Counted from the first letter of the stretch, positions 21,213-30,254 are shown. The stretch: DNA of 64,000 nucleotides from Candidatus Tepidifontimicrobium thermophilum (GCA_031459915.1 JAVKHO010000003.1:96001-160000), one strand, 5' to 3'. Made by a program: numbers and translations. Notes: generated from the letters alone by a model not told the origin.

Positions 21213-22583
21213 CTACGACCCGGCGCCCGCCAGCGCGGGCTCCAGGGCGTAGGCGGGCGTGCCGTGCTCGGGAATGTCCAGGCCCTGCAGCTCCTCCTCC
21301 CGGGAGGCCCGCAGGCCGATGGTGGCCCGGATGAGGGCGAACATCACGTAGCCGGTGGCGAGGGTCCAGAGGGTGACCGCCCCCATGCTGATGAGCTGGG
21401 CCACCAGCTGGCCGGTCTCGCCCACGATGAGGCCCCGCACGTTCCCGTACGTCCCGTCCGCGAAGATCCCCACGGCCAGCAGCCCCCACAGACCCCCTGC
21501 GGCGTGCACCGACACCGCGCCCACGGGGTCGTCCACCTTCAGGACCCGCTCCACGAAGCCCAGACTCCACATCATCACCAGTGCGGCCACCCCGCCGATG
21601 ACCACGGCGGCCCAGGTTGGGACGTACGCGCACGGCGCGGTGATGCCCACGAGGCCGGCGAGAGCCCCGTTGCAGGCCATGGCGATGTCGGCTTTGCCGG
21701 TGCGGGCCAGGGTCGCGTACAGGGCCACTACGCCACCCGCGGCACCCGCGAGGAAGGTGTTCACCGCCACCACGGAGATCCGCAGGTCGGTGGCGGCCAG
21801 GGTGCTGCCCGGGTTGAACCCGAACCAGCCGAAGAACAGGATGAAGGTCCCCGTGACCACGTAGGCCATGTTGTGACCCGGGATGGGGTTCGGCGTGCCG
21901 TCGGGATTGAACTTCCCGATGCGCGGGCCCACCATGGCGGCACCCACCAACCCCAGAAGCCCGCCCACCGCGTGGACCACGCCCGAGCCCGCGAAGTCCC
22001 GCGCCCCGACGCCGAAGGGGAGGTTCGCCAGCCACCCGCCGCCCCACACCCAATGGCCGTAGATGGGGTAAATCAGGGCGCTCACCAGGAAGCTGTAGGC
22101 CAGGTAGGCTTGGATCTTGGTGCGCTCCGCCATGGCCCCGGCCACGATGGTGGCCGCGGTGGCCGCGAACACCATCTGGAAGAACCAGTACAGGGCCGTG
22201 GTGACGTCGTAGGCGGCGCCGCTCAGGAAGAAGCCGGACAGACCGACCCACGGCGTCCCGTGCTCCAGGCCGCTGGCGAGCTTGCTGCCGCCGAACATGA
22301 GGGCAAACCCGAACGCCCAGTAGCTGAGGGCCGCGATACTGAAGTCCATGTAGCTCTTCGTCAGGTAATTGACGGTGTTCTTGGACCGGATCAACCCGGC
22401 GCCTAGCAGGGCGAAGCCCGCCTGCATGAAGAACACCAGGAAGGCCGCTACGAGGGTCCAGGTGAAGTTCACCGCGGAGTTGGGGTCCGCCTTGAAGGTG
22501 GTGGTCCCCGTGGGGTCTGCAGCCCACGCGGCGGGGGTACAGGCCAGCAGCAGGGCTGCGGCCAGGGTCCAGGCTCTCCGCAT
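21213..22583 (-). CDS. amtB: ammonium transporter
   Basis: Signal peptide; FMQAGFALL, DFAGSGVVH, WFGFNPGS, DDPVGAVSVH (twin His conserved). Confidence 0.97.
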   Translation of the reverse strand: MRRAWTLAAALLLACTPAAWAADPTGTTTFKADPNSAVNFTWTLVAAFLVFFMQAGFALLGAGLIRSKNTVNYLTKSYMDFSIAALSYWAFGFALMFGGSKLASGLEHGTPWVGLSGFFLSGAAYDVTTALYWFFQMVFAATAATIVAGAMAERTKIQAYLAYSFLVSALIYPIYGHWVWGGGWLANLPFGVGARDFAGSGVVHAVGGLLGLVGAAMVGPRIGKFNPDGTPNPIPGHNMAYVVTGTFILFFGWFGFNPGSTLAATDLRISVVAVNTFLAGAAGGVVALYATLARTGKADIAMACNGALAGLVGITAPCAYVPTWAAVVIGGVAALVMMWSLGFVERVLKVDDPVGAVSVHAAGGLWGLLAVGIFADGTYGNVRGLIVGETGQLVAQLISMGAVTLWTLATGYVMFALIRATIGLRASREEELQGLDIPEHGTPAYALEPALAGAGS

Positions 22584-22595
22584 CTGCTCCTCCCG

Positions 22596-22721
22596 AAAAG
22601 GCGAAGGACGCCCCGGAGGGCGTCCCGGCCCGAAGTTGCCGAAAAGCGAAGGCCGGGACGTCCGAAGTTGCGGGCGTCCCGGCCCTGCTCACAGCATAGC
22701 AGCGCGCCCCAAGGATGTCAA
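22596..22721 (-). promoter_or_regulatory. amtB promoter and tandem attenuator leader (two ANTAR-like hairpins)
   Basis: TTGACA-N17-TATGCT; GGGC-CGGGAC-GCCC at 22672-22685 and 22618-22631, each overlapping a GC stem followed by TTCGC(C)TTTTC. Confidence 0.75.
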
Positions 22722-23305
22722 CGGGTTTTCGGTTTCGGTTTGGGCGGCTGGGAGACGATCTCCTCGTGCACCAGCACCGCTTGCGCCACCTCCCGCATCG
22801 GGCGCCTCAGGTTCCGGCTGCGGCGCTGCAGCAGCCGGTACGCCTCCTCCTCACCGAGGCCCAGGCGCCGCATGAGCACGCCCTTCGCCCGCTCCACCAG
22901 CTTGCGGGTCTCCAGAGCCTCGCGGGCTTCCTGCAGGTCACGCCACCGGGCCCACGCCAGCTCCACCGCGGCCAGCAGCTCCGCCCCCACCACAGGCTTC
23001 ACCACGTAGCCGAAGCCGCCTGCCGCCGCAGCCGCTTCCAGGAGCCCGCGGTCGCCGAAGGCGGTCAGGAACACCACCGGCCGAGGAGACGTCTCCCGAA
23101 GGCGGCGGGCTACCTCGATGCCGTCGGGAGGGGGCATGCGTACGTCCAGAACCACCAGGTCGGGGTCGTGGGAGCGGACCAGCTCCAGGCACTCCTCCCC
23201 GTTGGCCGCTTCCCCCACTACCCGGTAGCCTGCGTCCTCCAGGATGGCCCGCACGCCCATGCGGACCACGGCCTCGTCTTCCGCGATCACGATCCGCTTG
23301 CTCAC
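22718..23305 (-). CDS. ANTAR-domain response regulator (REC + ANTAR; PdtaR/EutV-like), copy 1
   Basis: IAEDE, LDVRMP (phospho-Asp), YVVKP; ANTAR RKLVERAKGVLM...EEEAYRLLQRRS...PMREVAQA. Confidence 0.93.
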   Translation of the reverse strand: MSKRIVIAEDEAVVRMGVRAILEDAGYRVVGEAANGEECLELVRSHDPDLVVLDVRMPPPDGIEVARRLRETSPRPVVFLTAFGDRGLLEAAAAAGGFGYVVKPVVGAELLAAVELAWARWRDLQEAREALETRKLVERAKGVLMRRLGLGEEEAYRLLQRRSRNLRRPMREVAQAVLVHEEIVSQPPKPKPKTR

Positions 23306-23328
23306 CGCATCCCTCCTCTTGCGGGTTC

Positions 23329-23454
23329 AAAACAAAAGCGCCCCCGGCTTCGGGGGCGTCGTGGCCTCCGGAAAACGGCGACGCCGGCGGGTACCGCCGG
23401 CGTCGTGGCCTGGGATTTCGAAGTCAGGCTAGCGGCCCGTGGGGGCCCTGTCAA
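23329..23454 (-). promoter_or_regulatory. ANTAR regulator promoter and tandem attenuator leader
   Basis: TTGACA-N17-TAGCCT; AGGC-CACGAC-GCC at 23399-23411 and 23355-23367, overlapping GACGCCGGCGG/CCGCCGGCGTC and CGCCCCCG/CGGGGGCG-CTTTTGTTTT. Confidence 0.78.
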
Positions 23455-26400
23455 CGGGCGGGGCGCGCTGCAGAGGCCTCGCGTGCAGCGACCTGAGCGG
23501 GGACCTCCGCCGCGGAGCGGGGCCGCACGGCCCGGAACTGACCCATGGCCCGTAGCCACCGACGCAGGAGGGACTGGGCGCGGTGGCTGCCCGTGGCCTC
23601 GTGGTAGCGGACCAGCAGCGCCCGCAGCTCTTCCGCTTCCTCCTCCGCGAGCGGCCCGGTCTGGACGGAGTCGGTGTTGACCTGGCGGTCCAGCACCCCA
23701 GCCTCGTCCAGCACGTACGCGCGGCCGCCCGTCATGCCCGCTCCGAAGTTCCGGCCCACGGGGCCCAGCACCACTACCACGCCACCCGTCATGTACTCGC
23801 AGCAGTGGTCGCCGGCACCCTCCACCACCGCCACGGCACCGCTGTTGCGCACTGCGAAGCGCTCGCCGGCCCGGCCCGCGGCGAAGAACACCCCACCGGT
23901 AGCGCCGTACAGCACCGTGTTCCCCACGATGACGTGCTTCCAGCTCTCCCGGTGTAAAGGCGGCGGGGGAACGATGACGATCTCGCCCCCGGACATCCCC
24001 TTGCCCGCGTAATCATTGGCCTCACCCACCAACCGGAGGTGCATCCCCGGTACGCAGAACGCCCCGAAGCTCTGGCCCGCAGCGCCCTCGAAGGTGAGCC
24101 GCAGGGTACCCTCGGGAAGCCCGTCCTCGCCCCAGCGCTGGGCGATCTCGCCCGCCAGGGTGGCGCCCACGGTGCGGTCTCGGTTGGTGATGGGATGGTG
24201 TCCCTCTGCGGGCACCCCGTGCTCCACCGTTTGCCGGTACTGCTCTACCAGCAGCCGGTTCAGCCTGCCCTCCACGGACAGGGGGTCCGCAAAGCTCCCG
24301 CGGGTCTCGCCCTCCGCCGGTTGCAGGATCTCCGACAGGTCCAGCCGCTCCGCCCGGTACAGGGTGACGTCGTCCCGCACCCGGAGCAGGTCCACCCGGC
24401 CCACGATCTCGTCCAGGGACCTGGCCCCTAACTGCGCCAGTTGGCGCCGGACGTCCTCCGCGAGGGCACGGAAGTACGCTTCCACCCGCTCGGGCGTGCC
24501 CGGGAACTTGCCGCGCAGGTCTTCCCGCTGGGTGGCGATCCCCACGGGGCAGGTGTTGCTGTGGCACTGCCGGGCCATCACGCAGCCCAGGGCGACCAGG
24601 GCCGCGGTGCCGAACCCGAACTCGTCCGCGCCCAGCAAGGCCGCCAGCACCACGTCGCGCCCGACCTTGAACCCTCCGTCCACCCGCAGGCGCACGCGGC
24701 CGCGCAGCCCGTTGGCGCTCAGGGCCCGGCGAGCCTCGCTCAGCCCCACCTCCCAGGGCAGGCCCGCGTTCTTGATGGAGTCCAGAGGGGAAGCCCCCGT
24801 GCCGCCCTCGTGGCCGCTGATCTGCACCACGTCCGCGAACCCCTTCGCCACACCGGAGGCGATGGTGCCCACCCCTGTAGTGGCCACCAGCTTCACGGCC
24901 ACGTGCGCGGTGGGGTGCACCTGCTTGAGGTCGTAGATGAGCTGGGCCAGGTCCTCGATGCTGTAGATGTCATGGTGAGGCGGCGGGGAGATGAGGGTCG
25001 TGCCGGGCTGCGTCTTCCGCAGCCGGGCGATCTCCTCGGTGACCTTGTGTCCCAGCAGCTGCCCGCCCTCGCCGGGCTTGCTGCCCTGCGCCATTTTGAT
25101 CTCCAGCTCCACCGCCGACCGCAGGTACCCCGCGGTCACTCCGAACCGGCCCGAGGCGACCTGCTTGATGGTGGTGTTCGGCCAGTCCCCGTTGGGCCGG
25201 ACCTTCCGACGGGCGGGATCCTCACCGCCCTCGCCGCTGTTGCTGCGCATACCCAGTCGGTTGGCGGCGATGGCCAGGGTCTCGTGGGCTTCCCGGGAGA
25301 GGGCCCCGTGGGACATGGCGGAGATCACGAACCGGCGGAGGATGTTCTCCACCGGCTCCACCTCCTCCAGGGGCACCGGAGGTCCGGCGGGGCGGATCTC
25401 GAGGAGGTCCCGGAGGGCCTGTGGCGGTCTGGAGCCCACTAGCTGGGCCAGCTTCGGGTACTCCTCAGCGCCGTTGAGGCTCACGCGGTGGATGGCCTTC
25501 ACCACGTCGGGCTCGAACCCGTGCTGCTCGCCCCCGTGCCGGTACCGGTAGAAACCGACGTCGGGGACGGTGGCGGGCTCGCCGTCGAGGGCCCGTCGGT
25601 AGGCGGCGTGGCGCTCCAGGACGTCCCGTGCGAGAGCTGCCAGGTCTACGCCCGGAGCGTGGTTGGGAGTCCCCGGGAAGTAGCGCTCCACCAGCGCCCG
25701 GTCCAGTCCGATGGTCTCGAAGATCTGAGCCCCGCAGTACGCCTGCAGGGGCGCAATCCCCATCTTGGCCATGACCTTGAGCAGGCCGGCTTCCAGCGCT
25801 TTCTTGAGGTTCGCGGCCCCCTGGGGCGAAAGCTTCTGGGCGGTCTCCAGGGCGAGGTAGGGGTAGACCCCTTCGGCGCCGTAGCCTACCAGGCACGCCA
25901 CGTGGTGGACCTCCCGTGCCTCCCCGGTCTCCACCAGCAGGGCGGTGCTGAGCCGGAGGCCATGACGGATCAGGTGGTGGTGGACGGCTGCGGTGGCCAG
26001 CAGGGCAGGGATGGGCGCGCGCTCCCGGCTGAGGCCGCGGTCGGTAAGGACCAAGGCCGTACACCCCTCCCGCACGGCCTGCGCGGCCTGCTGGCACAGG
26101 CGGTCTAGCGCTTCCTGCAGGCCCTGCGGCCCCCGCGACGCCTCGAAGGTAGCGTCCAGGCGACAGGGCTTCAGGGGGACCTCCTCCAGCCAGTCCAGGT
26201 CCGGCAGCACCGGGCTTGCCAGCTCCACTAGGTCCGCGTGCTCGGGAGTTTCTTCCAGGAACGACCGGCGCGGCCCCAGACGCACTTCCAGGGACATGAC
26301 CACCCGCTCCCGCAGCGGGTCGATGGGGGGGTTGGTGACCTGGGCGAACCGCTGGCGGAAGAACTGGTACAACAGCCGGGGGTGGCTGGACAGGGCCGAA

Positions 26401-27857
26401 GGCGGCGTGTCGTCTCCCATGGAGCCCACCGCGTCCTTGCCGTCTGCGGCCATGGCCTGCAACACCCGCTGCAGGTCCTCCTTTGTGTAACCGAAGGCGA
26501 GGTGCAGAAGATGCAGGGACCCACCCGCGTGCGTCCGGGGCTGCGGCTTGGGGTCCACGCGCACCAGACGCTCCACCCACTTGGCGTACGGCTGGCGCGA
26601 GGCCAGTCGGTGGCGGATCTCGGGGTGGTGGAGAAGCTGGCGCGCCTCCAGGTCCACCACGACCATGTGGCCTGGCCCCAGCCGCCCGCGCTCAAGGACC
26701 CGCCCGGGAGCGATGGGCAGCACCCCTACCTCGGAGGCGGCCACCACCAGGCCGTCGCGGGTGACGGTGTAGCGGGCGGGACGCAGGCCGTTGCGATCCA
26801 GGGCCATGCCCACCGTGCGCCCGTCGAAGAAGGCCAGCGCCGCGGGGCCGTCCCACGGTTCGGCCAGGCACGCGTGGTACCGGTAGAATCCGCGCACGGA
26901 ACCATCGAGCTCCCACGCGCCCTCCCATGCCTCGGGGACCAGCATCCGCAGCGCGTGCGGCAGGTCCCGGCCACTGCGGCGCAGCAGCTCCAGCACGTTG
27001 TCCAGCATGGCGCTGTCGCTGCCGCCGTCCTGGATCACGGGGAGCAGCTCTTGCAACCGGTCCCCCCACAGGCTGCTGGACAGGGCGCCCTCCCGCGCCC
27101 GCATCCAGTTCACGTTGCCCAGCAGAGTGTTGATCTCGCCGTTGTGGGCCAGCAGGCGGAAGGGCTGCGCCAGCTGCCACGAGGGGTTGGTGTTGGTGCT
27201 GTAACGCTGGTGGAACACCGCGGCCCGGACCGCGAAGTCCGGGTCCTGCAGGTCCAGGTAGAAGCGCTCCAGCTGCGGAGCGGAAACCAGGGCCTTGTAC
27301 ACCACGGTGCGGGACGAAAGCGAGGGGACGTACAGGCCGAGGGGCGCTGCGCGTTTCTCTATGCGGCGCCGGACCAGGTACAGGTGCCGCTCCAGGGCCT
27401 CCGGGTCCAGATCAGGGGACGCGGTCAAAAGCGCCTGCTGGATGCGGGGCAGAGTGCGCAGCGCGTACTCGCCTAGGGCTTTGGGCTGCACGGGCGGGGT
27501 GCGCCATCCCAACAGGTGCAGGCCCGCGCGATGGAACTCCTCCTCGCACACCGCGCGGCAGGCCCGGTACACCTCCTCCTCCGCTGGGAAGAAGAAGACA
27601 CCGACCGCCAGAGGCCGCTCGTCGCCGCGGCAGCCCATCTCCCGCAGCACCCGGGCGAACAGCCCGTGCGGGATCTCCGTGAGCACCCCCGCCCCGTCCC
27701 CCGTGCGGCCGTCCGCAGCCTGCGCGCCCCGGTGGGCCAGGTTGCGGAGGGCTGTCAGCGCCGCCTGCAGCACGGCGTGGGACGGGGCCGCGTCCAGCCG
27801 CGCTACGAACCCCACCCCGCACGCGTCGCGCTCAGGAAACGCTGCCAGAGACGTCAC
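23451..27857 (-). CDS. gltB: glutamate synthase large subunit
   Basis: ERDACGVGF (N-terminal nucleophile Cys), HQRYSTNT, FAQVTNPPIDP, NSGEGGED, KQVASGRFGV, CVMARQCHSNTCPVG, GXGXG C-terminal repeats; GTG at 27857 after RBS GAGGAGG. Confidence 0.98.
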   Translation of the reverse strand: MTSLAAFPERDACGVGFVARLDAAPSHAVLQAALTALRNLAHRGAQAADGRTGDGAGVLTEIPHGLFARVLREMGCRGDERPLAVGVFFFPAEEEVYRACRAVCEEEFHRAGLHLLGWRTPPVQPKALGEYALRTLPRIQQALLTASPDLDPEALERHLYLVRRRIEKRAAPLGLYVPSLSSRTVVYKALVSAPQLERFYLDLQDPDFAVRAAVFHQRYSTNTNPSWQLAQPFRLLAHNGEINTLLGNVNWMRAREGALSSSLWGDRLQELLPVIQDGGSDSAMLDNVLELLRRSGRDLPHALRMLVPEAWEGAWELDGSVRGFYRYHACLAEPWDGPAALAFFDGRTVGMALDRNGLRPARYTVTRDGLVVAASEVGVLPIAPGRVLERGRLGPGHMVVVDLEARQLLHHPEIRHRLASRQPYAKWVERLVRVDPKPQPRTHAGGSLHLLHLAFGYTKEDLQRVLQAMAADGKDAVGSMGDDTPPSALSSHPRLLYQFFRQRFAQVTNPPIDPLRERVVMSLEVRLGPRRSFLEETPEHADLVELASPVLPDLDWLEEVPLKPCRLDATFEASRGPQGLQEALDRLCQQAAQAVREGCTALVLTDRGLSRERAPIPALLATAAVHHHLIRHGLRLSTALLVETGEAREVHHVACLVGYGAEGVYPYLALETAQKLSPQGAANLKKALEAGLLKVMAKMGIAPLQAYCGAQIFETIGLDRALVERYFPGTPNHAPGVDLAALARDVLERHAAYRRALDGEPATVPDVGFYRYRHGGEQHGFEPDVVKAIHRVSLNGAEEYPKLAQLVGSRPPQALRDLLEIRPAGPPVPLEEVEPVENILRRFVISAMSHGALSREAHETLAIAANRLGMRSNSGEGGEDPARRKVRPNGDWPNTTIKQVASGRFGVTAGYLRSAVELEIKMAQGSKPGEGGQLLGHKVTEEIARLRKTQPGTTLISPPPHHDIYSIEDLAQLIYDLKQVHPTAHVAVKLVATTGVGTIASGVAKGFADVVQISGHEGGTGASPLDSIKNAGLPWEVGLSEARRALSANGLRGRVRLRVDGGFKVGRDVVLAALLGADEFGFGTAALVALGCVMARQCHSNTCPVGIATQREDLRGKFPGTPERVEAYFRALAEDVRRQLAQLGARSLDEIVGRVDLLRVRDDVTLYRAERLDLSEILQPAEGETRGSFADPLSVEGRLNRLLVEQYRQTVEHGVPAEGHHPITNRDRTVGATLAGEIAQRWGEDGLPEGTLRLTFEGAAGQSFGAFCVPGMHLRLVGEANDYAGKGMSGGEIVIVPPPPLHRESWKHVIVGNTVLYGATGGVFFAAGRAGERFAVRNSGAVAVVEGAGDHCCEYMTGGVVVVLGPVGRNFGAGMTGGRAYVLDEAGVLDRQVNTDSVQTGPLAEEEAEELRALLVRYHEATGSHRAQSLLRRWLRAMGQFRAVRPRSAAEVPAQVAAREASAARPAR

Positions 27858-27895
27858 GGTCCCGGCTCCCTCCTCAGGAAATCGGAAGATAGCCC

Positions 27896-27941
27896 AAAGC
27901 CCGAGGGGGCCTCGGCTTGAGGAACCTCCCCCTCGGGCTTT
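27896..27941 (-). terminator. expression-platform hairpin of the ykkC-motif riboswitch
   Basis: AAAGCCCGAGGGGG ... CCCCCTCGGGCTTT; the 5' arm is the 3' end of the aptamer, so the two folds are mutually exclusive. Confidence 0.7.
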
Positions 27942-28034
27942 TGTCCCGACGGTGTAGCGAGTCCGGAAACCCGCCTGCGCCGCTCGGTCCAGGCCGGCCG
28001 GGGTTGGGCCGCGGAACCCTAGGCGCACTTCCTC
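27919..28034 (-). ncRNA. ykkC-motif riboswitch, probably subtype 2a (ppGpp-sensing), upstream of gltB
   Basis: GAGGAAGTGCGCCTAGGGTTCCGC...CTGGACCGAGCGGCGCA...ACACCGTCGGGACAAAAGCCCGAGGGGGAGGTTCCTC: ykkC core motifs plus the closing GAGGAA/TTCCTC helix; promoter TTGACA-N17-TATCTA at 28059-28087. Confidence 0.85.
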
Positions 28035-28236
28035 ACGAGAGCGATTTCGTTTCTTTGTTAGATAGCAGTGCAGGGTGGAGCTGTCAACGGGCTCGGCCGG
28101 GAAAAGGAGCAAGTTCTTCGGAAATTCTGTGACAGACAGCACGGGAAGGTCGCAATATTCGAACGTTCGTGAGCGCCACGTTCGGAGAAGTGCTGGGGGT
28201 CACTTCCCCCTGGTACAATGGTGGCAAAACCGGTAA

Positions 28237-28414
28237 GACCTTCGGGGCAGGGTGAGGGGGCCGCACGGTCCCCGATTCCCGACCGGCGGTAGGCGCCGGC
28301 CAGGGCCGGCGCGAGCCCGCGACCCGCGCACGGTCTGCGGCGCGGTGGACTCCGGTGGCGGCTCCTGGGGAGCCCAGTCCGGGGCCGACGGTACAGTCCG
28401 GATGGGAGGAGGTC
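28237..28414 (+). ncRNA. FMN riboswitch (RFN element)
   Basis: CTTCGGGGCAGGGTG...ATTCCCGACCGGCGGT...AGCCCGCGA...CCGGTG...CCGGGGCCGACGGTACAGTCCGGATGGGAGGAG, directly upstream of the rib operon; extended -10 TGGTACAAT at 28211-28219. Confidence 0.95.
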
Positions 28415-28560
28415 GCCAGACTACGCCGGGCGTGCCGGCGTCTCGCCGTGCCACAGGAGCGGTGGGAGGCCGTGGAAGCGCGTCCGGCGGCGGGTCCCGG
28501 ACGCAGGAGCCGGTGCCGGCTGACTTTCCCTTGGCGCCCGGAGGTCTTACCTCCGGGCGT

Positions 28561-29673
28561 ATGCGTTTACAGGACGTCTTCTGGATGCGGCGGGCGCTGC
28601 AGCTCGCTTGCCTGGGCCGGGGCCGCACCAGCCCCAACCCCACGGTGGGCGCGGTGGTGGTGCGGGACGGGGTGGAGGTGGGCTGCGGCTACCACCGCGC
28701 GGCGGGAGGGCCCCACGCGGAGGCGGAAGCTCTCGCGCGGGCGGGCGAACTGGCGCGCGGAGCCACCCTGTACGTGAACCTGGAACCCTGCGACCACCAC
28801 GGCCGGACCCCCCCGTGCACGGAAGCCGTCCTCGCAGCGGGTGTGCGCCGCTTGGTGGTGGCGATGGAAGATCCAGACCCGAGGGTACGGGGACGAGGAA
28901 TCCGGCGGCTGCGTGAGGCCGGGGTGGAGGTCGCGGTGGGCGTGCTCGAGGAGGAAGCCCGGCGCCTGAACGCCGCGTACGTAAAGCACCGGACCACCGG
29001 GCTCCCGTGGGTGACCTGCAAGTGGGCCATGTCCGTGGACGGCCGCATCGCCACCCGCACAGGCGCCTCACGGTGGATCACGGGGCCGCAGGCCCGGGAA
29101 TACGCACACCGCCTGCGGGACTACCACGACGCCGTCCTCGTGGGCTGCGGGACCGCGCTGCGCGACGACCCCGCCCTCACGTGCCGCCTCCCCGGCGGCC
29201 GTGACCCCCTGCGGGTCGTGGTGGACAGCGGGGCGCACCTGCCGCCGGAGGCCAGGATGCTGCGGGAGGGGAGTTCGCCGGTGGTGGTGGCGACCACCCC
29301 TCGCGCGGACCCCACCCGGGCCGAGCGGCTGAGGCGTGCAGGCGCGGAGGTGTGGGTATGCGAGCCGGATGCAGGCGGCGTGTCCCTGCGCGACCTGTTG
29401 CGCAGGCTCGCCCACCGTGGGGTGCTGAGCGTGCTCGCAGAGGGCGGCAGTGCCTTGCACGCCTCGCTGTTGCAGGCGGGCCTCGTGGACCGGCTGGTAG
29501 CCTTCGTGGCCCCGGTGGTGGTGGGAGGACGAGGAGCACCCGGGCCTGTCTCCGGGCAGGGCGTGTCGGAGCTCGTGCACGCCCTCCGGCTGGAGGAGGT
29601 GACGGTGCGCCGGTTCGGCCCGGACCTGTGCGTGGAAGGCGATGTGCGCGGCCGTCTAGCGGTGGAGGGTTGA
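28561..29673 (+). CDS. ribD: bifunctional riboflavin deaminase/reductase
   Basis: GRTSPNPTVGAVVV, HAE, LEPCDHHGRTPPC, KWAMSVDGRIA, SRWITG, EGG. Confidence 0.96.
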   Translation: MRLQDVFWMRRALQLACLGRGRTSPNPTVGAVVVRDGVEVGCGYHRAAGGPHAEAEALARAGELARGATLYVNLEPCDHHGRTPPCTEAVLAAGVRRLVVAMEDPDPRVRGRGIRRLREAGVEVAVGVLEEEARRLNAAYVKHRTTGLPWVTCKWAMSVDGRIATRTGASRWITGPQAREYAHRLRDYHDAVLVGCGTALRDDPALTCRLPGGRDPLRVVVDSGAHLPPEARMLREGSSPVVVATTPRADPTRAERLRRAGAEVWVCEPDAGGVSLRDLLRRLAHRGVLSVLAEGGSALHASLLQAGLVDRLVAFVAPVVVGGRGAPGPVSGQGVSELVHALRLEEVTVRRFGPDLCVEGDVRGRLAVEG

Positions 29674-30254
29674 GTGTTCACAGGGATCGTGGAGGAAGTC
29701 GGAAGGGTAGCGTGGCGACGGGGGAACCGCCTTCGGCTGGAAGCCCGGGGAGTGCTGCGCGGGCTGCGGCCGGGCGACAGCGTGGCGGTGGACGGGGTGT
29801 GCCTGACCGCGGCGTACGTGGACCGGTCCGGCTTTGAGGCCGACCTGGGCCCCGCGACCCTGAAGCGCACCACCCTGGGCCAGCGGAAAGCGGGGGATCC
29901 GGTGAACCTGGAACGTCCCGTGCGCTTGCCGCAGCGGCTGGGAGGACACCTGGTCCAGGGGCACGTGGACGCGGTGGGGCGGGTGAAGTGGGTACGGCCG
30001 GACGGGCAGGCGCGGTGGATGGAGGTGGCTGCACCGACCAGCGTCCTGCGGTACCTCGTGGAGCGAGGGTCCGTTGCGGTGGACGGTGTGAGCCTCACCG
30101 TGGCGGCCGTGACGTCCCGCAGCTTCCGCGTCTGCCTGATCCCGCAGACCCTGCAGCGCACCACCCTGGGCCTGCGCGGCCCGGGCGACCCGGTGAACCT
30201 GGAGGTGGACGTGCTGGCGAAATACGTGGAGCGGCTGCTGGGGGGGATCCGGCG

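Noticed and set aside
27919..28034. Guanidine-I riboswitch assignment
   Set aside because: The extra closing helix and the gltB context fit subtype 2, not guanidine exporter or carboxylase genes.
28110..28185. CodY or LexA boxes in the AT-rich gap between the gltB and rib promoters (e.g. CGAACGTTCG)
   Set aside because: The CodY match is weak and the dyad lacks the 4-bp spacer of a Firmicutes LexA box; not supportable.
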